Shown here piece after piece: positions 18,572 to 27,330 of a stretch of DNA of 64,000 bases. The position numbers were made by a program, and so were the translations under genes. Positions within the stretch are counted from its first letter, which is position 1. Each line of letters opens with the position of its first letter. Origin of the DNA: an uncultured delta proteobacterium (GTDB lineage Bacteria > Myxococcota_A > Polyangia > Polyangiales > B10-G4); contig CAVSGI010000021.1 of assembly GCA_963727445.1 (NCBI GenBank), positions 576,001 to 640,000 on the forward strand, in the 5' to 3' direction. The notes under the pieces were generated by a model. It had not been told where the DNA came from. It did no database searches and saw nothing but the letters and a program-made list of their open reading frames with translations.

Positions 18572-19288
18572 ATGGGTGACTACGAAGTCGCACGCACGTT
18601 CAACACGCTCTTCCCCGTCCTCGACCTGACGTGGCTGGTCGTGCTGTCGGGGCTGCTCTTCACGACCGGGCGCCGGGTCGCGCTCGTCGTCGCGCTGGTG
18701 GCGGGGGTGATCTACATCGCCGTCGACTACGGCTATTTCCATCTCTGGCTCGGTACGCGGGAGGTCGTCGGCGCCGACCCGCTGCTCCTCTTGACCTGGC
18801 TCTCCATGTCCTACGGCATGACGAACTTCGCCTGGATCTGGCTCATGCTCTCCCGGGACCGGCATTGGCTGCGCTGGTCGCTCGCGATCCTGGGCGCGTG
18901 GCTCGTCATCGCCGTCGGCAGCCAGCTTCTCGGCGACGGCTTCGACACGATCCAGATCCGTCGCGGCACCCAGGGCTACCACGGCGGCATGATCGCCATC
19001 CTGGTCGTCGGCTACGGCGCGCTCGCCCTCCGGAACTGGCGCGCGGAGGCGCTGGGGGTGGAGAAGGTGAGTCTCCTCTGGCTATGCGCGATCGGCGTCG
19101 CCGTGCAGCTCGGGTGGGAGTCGGTGCTCCTGGTGTCCGGCATCCGTCCCACGCGCTTCGAGCCCTTGATCGTCGACTCGCTCATCGAGACCAACCTCGG
19201 AATGCCCTACGTCTACCTCATCCATCGCGCGGTCTCGCGACGCTTTCGGGACCGCGGCCAACGCGCGCCGGTCTTCGCAGAGCGCTGA
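18572..19288 (+). CDS. Hypothetical integral membrane protein
   Basis: About 7 hydrophobic segments; starts 4 bp after the SDR stop. Confidence 0.7.
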   Translation: MGDYEVARTFNTLFPVLDLTWLVVLSGLLFTTGRRVALVVALVAGVIYIAVDYGYFHLWLGTREVVGADPLLLLTWLSMSYGMTNFAWIWLMLSRDRHWLRWSLAILGAWLVIAVGSQLLGDGFDTIQIRRGTQGYHGGMIAILVVGYGALALRNWRAEALGVEKVSLLWLCAIGVAVQLGWESVLLVSGIRPTRFEPLIVDSLIETNLGMPYVYLIHRAVSRRFRDRGQRAPVFAER

Positions 19289-19299
19289 GCGTCGCCGGG

Positions 19300-20343
19300 T
19301 CAGCCCTTGCGCGCCCTCGCTCCTTCGCGCGCCAGATCGATCGCGGCCGCGTGCAGGCTGAGCCCGCGCTCGGCGGCGCGCGCCGACGCTTCGTCGAGAA
19401 CCTCCACCACACGTTCTACCGGCTTGAGGAAGCCCGCCTCGTCCTCGGCGCCCGCGCCGGCGGGAGACGCCCCGATCACGCCGCCGAGGTTGGCGACGAA
19501 GTCAGGGACGAAGAGGATCTCGCGCGCAGCGAGCGCTTCGGCGAGTGACTCGTCCGCGAGCGGGTTGTTGGCGGCGCCGCAGATCACACGGCAGCCGATC
19601 CGTTCGGCCACGCCGGCGTCGATGACGTCGCCGAGGGCACATGGGGCGAACACGTCGGTATCGCCGTCGAGGATGGCGTCCGGCGCAACCTGCTCGGCGC
19701 CGAGCGCCTCGGCCACGCGCCGGGCGGCGGCCAAGTCGGTGTCGGTGATCTTCAAGATCGCCCCGTCCCGATGCAGCGCCTCGGCGAGGAGCGACCCCAC
19801 CCGACCCACGCCCTGGATGGCGACCCGCACGCCTTCGAGCGAGCCTTTGCCCAGGCGCTTGGACGCGGCCCATTTCATCGCGAGGTGGACGCCATGCGCC
19901 GTCGCCAACGCCGTGTCCTTCCCTTCGCCCTGCTTCTGGCTCACGTAGGGCGTCGCCTTCGCCACCACCGCCAGGTCGGCGTCGTTGGTCCCGACGTCGG
20001 TGCCGGCGATGAAGCGCCCGTTCAGCCGGTGGACCGCGCGTCCGAAGGCGAGGAGCAGCGCCTCGTTCTTGTCCTTCCTCGGGTCGGCGAGGATCACCGC
20101 CTTGGCCCCGCCCGCCGGCAGGTTGGCGAGGACCAGCTTGTAGGTCATCGCCCGGGACAGGCGCAGCGCCGCGTCGATGGCCTCCTGCTCGTGTGCGTAA
20201 GGCCACATGCGCGTGCCGCCGCCCGCCATACCGAAGGGGGCGCTGTCGTGGACGGCGATGATCGCCCGGAGCCCGGCTTTGCGGTCCGTGGCGAAGACGA
20301 CCTCTTCGTGGTCGTCGAAGAAGGGGCGCTCGAAGATGCTCAT
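19300..20343 (-). CDS. Glu/Leu/Phe/Val dehydrogenase family protein
   Basis: GGTRM, LSRAMTYK, GGAKAVI, IQGVGRVG, PCALG and GAANN motifs. Confidence 0.92.
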   Translation of the reverse strand: MSIFERPFFDDHEEVVFATDRKAGLRAIIAVHDSAPFGMAGGGTRMWPYAHEQEAIDAALRLSRAMTYKLVLANLPAGGAKAVILADPRKDKNEALLLAFGRAVHRLNGRFIAGTDVGTNDADLAVVAKATPYVSQKQGEGKDTALATAHGVHLAMKWAASKRLGKGSLEGVRVAIQGVGRVGSLLAEALHRDGAILKITDTDLAAARRVAEALGAEQVAPDAILDGDTDVFAPCALGDVIDAGVAERIGCRVICGAANNPLADESLAEALAAREILFVPDFVANLGGVIGASPAGAGAEDEAGFLKPVERVVEVLDEASARAAERGLSLHAAAIDLAREGARARKG

Positions 20344-20402
20344 GAGCGCCAGATATGCGCGCTTGCGGCCCCGTCGAGCGTCCCTACGTTGGTGCATGAC
20401 TC

Positions 20403-21314
20403 ATGAAGCGCGTCACGGTCGTACTCGGCGCCGGAGGCCCCGTCGGTCATGCTTTTCACGCCGGGCTCTTGGACGCGCTCTCCGAAGGCCTCGGCTGGGA
20501 CGCCCGGGAGGCGCACCTGGTGGTGGGCACCTCGGCCGGCGCCCAGGTCGGGGCGCTGCTCCGTGCGGGGATGAGCGGCGCGGATTTGTCGGCGCGGGTC
20601 CAGGGCGAAGGACTGAGCGACGAGGGCGCGCGCATCGCCGCCCATTTCCATCGCCCGTCCCACGACCAACCGAAGGAGCGACGCCCCTATCGCCCGGCGT
20701 CGATGCAGTACGTGCGCAGCGCGGTCCGGCGGCCGTGGCGCCTGCGCCCTGCGCGCCTGGCCTCGGCGCTCCTTCCCGAAGGGCAGGTCGATCTCTCGCC
20801 GCAGATCCACGGCCTCAATCGCCTCTTCGGCGACGCGTGGCCGGAGCGTCACCTCTGGATCACCGCCGTCTGCCTGCACTCGGGACAGCGCCTGGCCTTC
20901 GGCCATCCCGATGCGCCGCGCGTCGACGTCGGCACCGCGGTCGCGTCATCGGGCGCCGTCCCCTCGGTCTGCGCCCCCGTCGAGGCCGACGGCCGTAAGC
21001 TCGTCGACGGCGGCATGGCCTCGGCGACCCACCTCGACCTGGCCCTGGACGTCGACGACGATCTGGTGATCGTCAGCTCGCCCCTGTCGATGATCGCGCC
21101 GATGCGCTTGCCCCTTCGCGCCGAGCTGCGCCGGCTGCGTGCCCGCGGCAAGCGCGTGGTCGTCTTCGAGCCCGAGGGCGAAGGCGCGCGTGCGATGGGT
21201 CGCGATCCGATGGATCTCTCCCGCGCGCCAGCCGTGGCGCGCGCCGTGCGGAGCAGTGTCCTCCGTCAGCTCGAGCGGCCAGCGCTCTCGGCGCTGCTCA
21301 AAGAGGTGTTTTGA
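20403..21314 (+). CDS. Patatin-like phospholipase
   Basis: LGAGG, GTSAG and DGG motifs. Confidence 0.9.
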   Translation: MKRVTVVLGAGGPVGHAFHAGLLDALSEGLGWDAREAHLVVGTSAGAQVGALLRAGMSGADLSARVQGEGLSDEGARIAAHFHRPSHDQPKERRPYRPASMQYVRSAVRRPWRLRPARLASALLPEGQVDLSPQIHGLNRLFGDAWPERHLWITAVCLHSGQRLAFGHPDAPRVDVGTAVASSGAVPSVCAPVEADGRKLVDGGMASATHLDLALDVDDDLVIVSSPLSMIAPMRLPLRAELRRLRARGKRVVVFEPEGEGARAMGRDPMDLSRAPAVARAVRSSVLRQLERPALSALLKEVF

Positions 21315-21381
21315 GCGAGGAACGCTCAATCCGAGCAGCGCGCAGGTGCATGTCGGCGGAGCCTGTGGGTAAGCTGCCGGG

Positions 21382-22143
21382 ATGCGAAGACACCTGAGTA
21401 GCCTTTTGCTGGTGGCGGTCTTGGGGTGCTCCGGGGGAACCGACGTCGTGGACGGTGGCGGCGATGGCTCGCTCGACGCCCGCGCCGACGCGGCCGCGGA
21501 CGCGGACGCGGCGACCGATAGCGCGATGAGTGACGCCGCGGAGCTGCCGTGTGATCCGGCGGGTGGCGATGCATGCCCCGCCGGCCTCGACTGCCTCTGC
21601 TGCGCCATTGGCAAGGGCACGGGCTGTTTCTGCACGACGGCGTGCGCGACCGCCGCCGATTGCGCCGACCCGCGTCCCACCTGCGACCACGACACGCCGG
21701 GCTCCGACGCGGGTGTTTGCACCTCGTCCGACCTGGTCTGCCAGATCGGGATCTGCGCTTCCGCCGACACGCGGATCGCCACGCCCGAGGGTGAGCGAAG
21801 GATCACCGCGATCGCGGTGGGGGACATCGTCTACGGTATGCGCGACGGACAGCTCGCCCCCGTCCCGGTCCTCCGGGTCTCACGCACGCACGTCTGCAAT
21901 CACTCGGTCGTGCGCGTGACCCTTCGCGCGGGCGCATTCTCGAGATGAGCGCGGGGCATCCGATCGCGGTGCGGGCCCACCTTCGGTGCGCTCGCGGCGG
22001 GCGACGTGCTCGACAGCGAGACGATCCTCTCCGTGGAAGAGGTCCCCTATCTCGGTGACTACACCTACGACATCCTCACGGCGTCCGACGACGGTTCCTA
22101 CGTCGCGGCGGGCGTCCTGGTGGGCAGCACGCTGGCCCGTTGA
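21382..22143 (+). CDS. Cys-rich lipoprotein with C-terminal Hint (Hedgehog/intein-like) domain, apparent frameshifts ~21935 and ~21972
   Basis: Lipobox VLG-C; Cys-rich module; CASADTRIATPEGERRITAIAVGDIV; other frames give LEMSAGHP and YTYDIL...YVAAGVLVGSTLAR-stop. Confidence 0.75.
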
Positions 22144-22147
22144 GCGC

Positions 22148-23311
22148 TCAAAGCGCTTCGCCGTTCCAGCAGATGTCGTAGAAGTAGCCCTGCATCAGGT
22201 CGCTGCGCTTCACGTGATGCTCGTGCAGGCGGTAGCCGATGACGTGGCTGTAGGCGATGAACTGATAGAGGAGCGGCACCACGTCGCCGGGGTCGGCGTA
22301 GATGTCCTTCCCCGAATGGACCAGGGCGTCGAGATCCTCGGGCATCTCGCTCCAGTCGAGGACCATGTTGCGGATGATCGCCAGTGAGAGCATACGGCGC
22401 GCGCCCGCCGGCGCGACCAGCGTCTCGCCTCCGGTGTCATCGCGGAGTCCGCGATCGAAGAGCTCGTCGGGCATCACCGCGAGACCGGCGGTCGGCCGGG
22501 GATTGCACTCCACGAGCACCAGCCCGTCGCCCGTGCGCAGGAAGTCGAGCCCCATCTGGCCGTGATAGTTCGTGGCGCGGGCGATGCGCTCGGTCGCCTC
22601 GAGCGTGCCCGGCTCGACGATGGACTCGAAGGTGATCCCGCCCGAGTGCTCGATCATGAGCGGGTGGACGTAGGTGACGTGGGCGGTGACGCGCCCGTGG
22701 TGGACGATGCTGTAGGTGCAGAGGTCCTCGCCTTCGATGAAGGGCTGGACGAGGAAGGGGTTGTCCGGGGTGGGCTCACACTCCTCGAGGCTCACCGAGC
22801 CCGCGAGGGAGCCCGCGTTCGTGAAGAGGGTCACGCCCCCGCGCGAGTAGGCCGCGCGCGCGAAGAACCTCGGCATGGAGGCGGTGATCTCGGCCAGCTC
22901 GTCGCGCGACCTCGCGACGCGCGTCTCAGCGACCTCGAGGCCCAGCTCGGCGCTCAGCGCGAGGAAGCTCTCCTTGTCGTGGAGCCGGCGCAGGACGTCG
23001 AAGGAGGGGGCGAAGAGCTCGGCGTGGGCCTCGATACGATCGCGGTGTCTGGCCAGATGGAAGATCTCTTCGAAGGCAGGCATCACGCGGTCGACCCCGT
23101 GCTCGCGGACGATGGCTTCGACGTCGTCGAGGAAGCGCGCCGGGTCGTGGGTCGGCGCCGCGGTGACGAAGCGCTCCGAGACGAACTTGCTGTGGTTGCC
23201 CGGCGAGCTCCGGAACGTATCCGACGCGAGCACCTCGTGGCCGGTACGTCCCAGCTTGCGGATCTCCTCGAGGGCCGCCGGCAGTCGGGAGCTGGTGACG
23301 AGGACTCTCAC
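22148..23311 (-). CDS. ATP-grasp domain protein
   Basis: LHDKESF, AYSRGG, LVQPFIEG, GLDF and VECNPR motifs. Confidence 0.85.
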   Translation of the reverse strand: MRVLVTSSRLPAALEEIRKLGRTGHEVLASDTFRSSPGNHSKFVSERFVTAAPTHDPARFLDDVEAIVREHGVDRVMPAFEEIFHLARHRDRIEAHAELFAPSFDVLRRLHDKESFLALSAELGLEVAETRVARSRDELAEITASMPRFFARAAYSRGGVTLFTNAGSLAGSVSLEECEPTPDNPFLVQPFIEGEDLCTYSIVHHGRVTAHVTYVHPLMIEHSGGITFESIVEPGTLEATERIARATNYHGQMGLDFLRTGDGLVLVECNPRPTAGLAVMPDELFDRGLRDDTGGETLVAPAGARRMLSLAIIRNMVLDWSEMPEDLDALVHSGKDIYADPGDVVPLLYQFIAYSHVIGYRLHEHHVKRSDLMQGYFYDICWNGEAL

Positions 23312-23350
23312 GAGCGTACAGTATCCCCCAACCGCCGGCCGGCTACGGGC

Positions 23351-23884
23351 TCAGGCGTCGGTGGCGGCGTCGCCCGCGCCGGCGTCGCCCGCGCCGGCGT
23401 CGCCCGAGGCCGCATCGCCGCCGCCGTCGGTCGTTCCCCCATCCATCATCGCACCGTCCCCCATGCTCGCATCGCCGCCGCCGTCCATCATCCCGCCGTC
23501 CATCGCCGGGGTGAGCGCGACGCTACCCATGAGGATGTCGTCGGGGCACCCGCAGCACTCGGTCGGGGGGTCCGGGTCGCGCATGAGGGTGAGCGTGACG
23601 CTACCCATCTCGAAGCCGGGGGCGCTCACGTCGATGGTCGTCCCGTCTTCTCCTGGATACGGGCCCCGGCAGGTGCTCACCTCGAGCGCGACCGGTGTAC
23701 AGCTCAGGGAGCCAGCCGTCACGACGGTTCCGTCGGTTGCTCCCGGCAGCATGACGGTGAACTCGGCGGTGGGAACGCAGCCGAGGCACTCCACGGCGCA
23801 GTCGCCACCCCCGTCGCCACTCCCGTCGTCGCCACATGCGGTGAAGAGACACAGGGCGACGGCGGCGGCGATGAGTCGAAGCAT
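23351..23884 (-). CDS. Putative lipoprotein with D/G/A/M-rich tail
   Basis: Lipobox LFTA-C; paired cysteines; low-complexity C-terminus. Confidence 0.7.
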   Translation of the reverse strand: MLRLIAAAVALCLFTACGDDGSGDGGGDCAVECLGCVPTAEFTVMLPGATDGTVVTAGSLSCTPVALEVSTCRGPYPGEDGTTIDVSAPGFEMGSVTLTLMRDPDPPTECCGCPDDILMGSVALTPAMDGGMMDGGGDASMGDGAMMDGGTTDGGGDAASGDAGAGDAGAGDAATDA

Positions 23885-23927
23885 GAAGCGAGTGTCGCGG
23901 GTCCACTCGGGACCCGCAACATCTCGC

Positions 23928-24881
23928 TCACCAGTCGACGCAGCGCGCGGTCAGGAAGTCGCAGTGCCGCCCGTCGCTGCAGTCGGTGTCCGCGCTGCAT
24001 CGCGGCAGACAGACGTCGGTCGCACCGCTGGGCGAGGCCAAGCACTCGTAGCCGCTCCGGCAGTCGCCGGCGGTCTCGCAGTCGGGCAGGCAGATGGTCC
24101 CTTCCATGCCGAGTGACACGCAGGTGGTGTCCGCCTCGCAGCCGACGTCGCTGCCGACCGTGCAGCCGTAGCGGATGCAGATCCCACCGGCGAAGCCCCA
24201 CGATGCTTCGTCCGCGCAGAAGGAGAGCTCGGGACAGTCGTCGTTCGACGCACACGCCGAGCCGTTTTCGGCGCCCGGGGTCAGGCACCGGCCATACCCC
24301 ATCATCCGATCGCCGCAGATCGTCCCGGTGGGGCACTCGGTGTCGTCGGTGCAGCCGCTGGTGCACACCGGCGCGGGCACGCCGATGCCCGAGTAGCAGG
24401 CGGTGCCCATCGGACAGGCGCTGCTGCCCGTGTCACCGCATCCGAGGAGGCAGTAGCCGAAGGTGCCGGCCGTCAGAACGCAGATGCCATCGTCGGGGCA
24501 CGGGACGTCCGCCGCGCAGACCCAGGTGCAGTAACCGACACCGCTCGAACCCGCCCCGCAAAAGCGTCCATCGCAGTCCGCGTCCGAGCTGCACGGTGTG
24601 CCGACGCCTCCCGTTTCGGAGGGAACGCCGCCGTCGTGTGTCGGGCCGGCATCGGTGGGTGAGATGGCGCCGCCGTCCGCCATTCCGACGGACGCATCCG
24701 AAAGGCTACCGCCACCGCCGCCGCCGATGACGGAACCGCCACCGCCGCCGCCGGAGCCGCCGCCATCACCCTCGAAGAACCCCGCATCCTCCCCCGACAA
24801 ACCACCGTCGACCGAGTCCGAAGAGTGCGAGCTCCCGCATGCCGCGAGAACCGCGAGCCCCAACACCATCGCTTTGTGCAT
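23928..24881 (-). CDS. Cys-rich repeat lipoprotein
   Basis: Lipobox LAA-C; Gly-rich linker; repeated CxxxCxxxxxC modules. Confidence 0.8.
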   Translation of the reverse strand: MHKAMVLGLAVLAACGSSHSSDSVDGGLSGEDAGFFEGDGGGSGGGGGGSVIGGGGGGSLSDASVGMADGGAISPTDAGPTHDGGVPSETGGVGTPCSSDADCDGRFCGAGSSGVGYCTWVCAADVPCPDDGICVLTAGTFGYCLLGCGDTGSSACPMGTACYSGIGVPAPVCTSGCTDDTECPTGTICGDRMMGYGRCLTPGAENGSACASNDDCPELSFCADEASWGFAGGICIRYGCTVGSDVGCEADTTCVSLGMEGTICLPDCETAGDCRSGYECLASPSGATDVCLPRCSADTDCSDGRHCDFLTARCVDW

Positions 24882-24895
24882 GGCACCTGGACCGG

Positions 24896-24911
24896 TGCAA
24901 GGGCTGCACCA
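24896..24911 (-). promoter_or_regulatory. Candidate sigma54 promoter
   Basis: TGGTGCAGCCCTTGCA fits GG-N10-GC, but the implied leader would be very short. Confidence 0.35.
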
Positions 24912-25020
24912 CGCCATCGCCGCCACAAAGCGTGCGACGAAAGCGGCGCTTTCGTCTCGCCGTTCGAATCCGCACGCATCGACGCGTGCGTTTTCCTAAC
25001 GCCCACGAAGGGCGCGCCCC

Positions 25021-25896
25021 TCACTCGAGCTCGAGGACCCGCGTGCTCGCGAGATCGAAGACCCCGCGTTCGGTCCGGAGCTGGATCACGCCGTGGGCGA
25101 TCGGATAGCCGGCGAAGCGCGTGATGCAGGTGGTCTTCGCGTCACAGACGTCGGGATCCGAATGACGGCCGGAGCCCGGGTAGCGCAGGGGAACCCGCAC
25201 CCGCGCGGACTGGCCGTCCTTCAGGAGGACGTCCGCCGCCGGGATCACCACGCCGTAGTGGTTTCGCGCGGGCACGAGCTCCACCCGGCGCACCTGCGCG
25301 AAGGGCACCTCGAAGACGCGACCGCCGTCGAGACAGACGAGGCTCGGCCCACGCAACGCGTCCACGTCGGTCAGGCTCTCGAAGGAGATCTCTTCGCCGT
25401 CCTTGGTGATGCACCGACCGCGGACGGGCGGAGGATCCGACGCGTAGAGCTGCTCGACCGCGCTCGCGTAGCGGCCGCGCGCGTGGAGCACCGCCGCTTC
25501 GAGACGTTCGCGCTGCCAATCGGAGGGTGGCGCCACCCAGGCCCGCGCCCGCGCCGCGTCCTCGTCCGTCCGGCAGCGCAGGTAGACGTCGTAGGCGAGG
25601 GCGAGCTCTCGGAGCTTGTACTGGTCGAGCTGTGGCGCGTGGCGGTAGAGGTGATCGATCAGTGGCAGCGCTTCGATGGGCGCGTCGCGGTGAAGGAGCA
25701 CGCCGACGAGCGTGAGCGCGAAACGGGGCTCGAAGCCCTTCTTCTGGAGTGCCCCTCGCAGGAGGGCGGCTGCGCGTGCGAGGTCGCCTCGCATGCACGC
25801 CACGTGGACTTCGCTGTAGACCCAGGCTTCTCTCGCGGTCAGCAAGAGAGCCCTCGAGATGCCGGGGAGGAGAGCATGTAGGTCCTGAGAGCACAT
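25021..25896 (-). CDS. ImpE/SciE (TagJ)-like protein; start uncertain
   Basis: FESLTDVDALRGPSL...VPFAQVRRVEL...VPLRYPGS resembles the ImpE domain; helical TPR-like N-terminus. Confidence 0.65.
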   Translation of the reverse strand: MCSQDLHALLPGISRALLLTAREAWVYSEVHVACMRGDLARAAALLRGALQKKGFEPRFALTLVGVLLHRDAPIEALPLIDHLYRHAPQLDQYKLRELALAYDVYLRCRTDEDAARARAWVAPPSDWQRERLEAAVLHARGRYASAVEQLYASDPPPVRGRCITKDGEEISFESLTDVDALRGPSLVCLDGGRVFEVPFAQVRRVELVPARNHYGVVIPAADVLLKDGQSARVRVPLRYPGSGRHSDPDVCDAKTTCITRFAGYPIAHGVIQLRTERGVFDLASTRVLELE

Positions 25897-26015
25897 GTCG
25901 GGCCAGCGATTAAGCGTTTGGTTTCCCGGCTTGGCTGTGTCCGTCCGGAGCAGGGAGGCAGAGATTGCGTGCTCTTCCGGCGCGATCAGTGCGCTGGCCG
26001 CGTCCTGAGCGCCGC

Positions 26016-27272
26016 TCACTCCCCAGGGAGACGGTGCCCACGAGCGCCGGGGTAGCGCGCCCAGCTCACGACCCCGGTGAGGCCATCGAAAGCGCCGGTC
26101 TCGCCGGTGAGCGGGTCGACGTAATGGACCTGGCTGCCCTCTGCCCAGGTCACCACCCGCGCGTCGGGGCGGTCGCCGAGGGGATCGCTGACGTCGAACG
26201 GCGGCACGGCCGTCAGCACGTCCTGTGTTGCTGCGCCGCCGTCCACGCGGAAGTGCACGATGGTCGACAAGGATGGGGTGCCGTCGGCGGCGCTCTGGTT
26301 CGTGAGCAACACCCCCGCGTTGGGGATGGAAGCAGCGATCGCGCCGAGCCGCACCATCGCAGGAGGCGGCGCGCCGTCGGGCGGCGTGCCCGTGTAGACC
26401 TCGGGCACGATCGACGCGAGCTCGGTCCCGTCGGGCGCGAAGACGCGGAGGGAGTCGCCGTCGTCGATCAGCACCTGGCTCGGGTCGCTGGTGATGGCGC
26501 GGGTCGCGTCCGGCGGCAGCATCGTCGCCACCTCCACGTCGCGATCGTCGAGGGCGTAGGTCAGCCGGCCGGTGTCCTCGAGGAGGTAGCCGACGCCGGC
26601 GCTCTGGGCCATCACCGAGTCGCCCATCACTCCGTCGAAGGAGAACCACGAGCCGATGTCGCTCGGTCCGAGGAAGACGCGGCGCGCGGTCCCGAGGCGC
26701 GCGCGCCAGTCCGTGAAGAGCATCGGATCGAAGGAGAGCTCGGGGCTACCGTCGGCGGAGAAGATCCGCAGGAGGTTTTCGTCGCGGAGGAAGGCGTGGC
26801 TTCCATCGAGGCTGCTGGTGACGCGCGCGTTCGGATCGTCGGTCTGGTAGACCATCGCGCCGTCGGCGGCGAAGAGCCACGTCCCCGGGGTCGCGCTCAT
26901 CAGGTCCCGGCGAAAGCCGTAGAAGGCGAGGTCCACCGTGGTGAAGACCGCCGTCGCGTTTGTGACCACCTCTTCCCAGCTGCCCAGGCGAAAGACGTAG
27001 AGCGCCGAGACGCCGCCCCCGGTCGTGCTCCCCGTGAGCACCACCCGCGTGTTGTCGAGGCTGGCGAGGAGGCGCGGATTCGTGAGCGATGCCGGGATCG
27101 GCTGGCCGACCTGGGTGACGCTCTGCGTGTCGACGTCCACCGCGACCATGCGATCGCCGTCGAGCGCGAGGATCCCTTCGGCCACGGGCGCCGGACCGGT
27201 ATCAACCTCGCCACAGGCGAGCAGCGCCGAGGCGATGATGAAAGGTACGATGAGCTCACGAAGCCGTCCCAT
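26016..27272 (-). CDS. Putative lipoprotein, beta-rich (possible propeller)
   Basis: Lipobox ALLA-C; repeated SxDG...LRIFSxDG strands. Confidence 0.65.
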   Translation of the reverse strand: MGRLRELIVPFIIASALLACGEVDTGPAPVAEGILALDGDRMVAVDVDTQSVTQVGQPIPASLTNPRLLASLDNTRVVLTGSTTGGGVSALYVFRLGSWEEVVTNATAVFTTVDLAFYGFRRDLMSATPGTWLFAADGAMVYQTDDPNARVTSSLDGSHAFLRDENLLRIFSADGSPELSFDPMLFTDWRARLGTARRVFLGPSDIGSWFSFDGVMGDSVMAQSAGVGYLLEDTGRLTYALDDRDVEVATMLPPDATRAITSDPSQVLIDDGDSLRVFAPDGTELASIVPEVYTGTPPDGAPPPAMVRLGAIAASIPNAGVLLTNQSAADGTPSLSTIVHFRVDGGAATQDVLTAVPPFDVSDPLGDRPDARVVTWAEGSQVHYVDPLTGETGAFDGLTGVVSWARYPGARGHRLPGE

Positions 27273-27330
27273 GGGGCGAGGATAGCGCGTGGTACCTTGC
27301 AGGTGGCTCGGGGGACGCTTGGACCGGTCG

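Noticed and set aside
21745..22143. Canonical intein or sterol-transferring Hedgehog protein
   Set aside because: No terminal His-Asn or C-extein, no endonuclease domain, and no sterol-recognition region.
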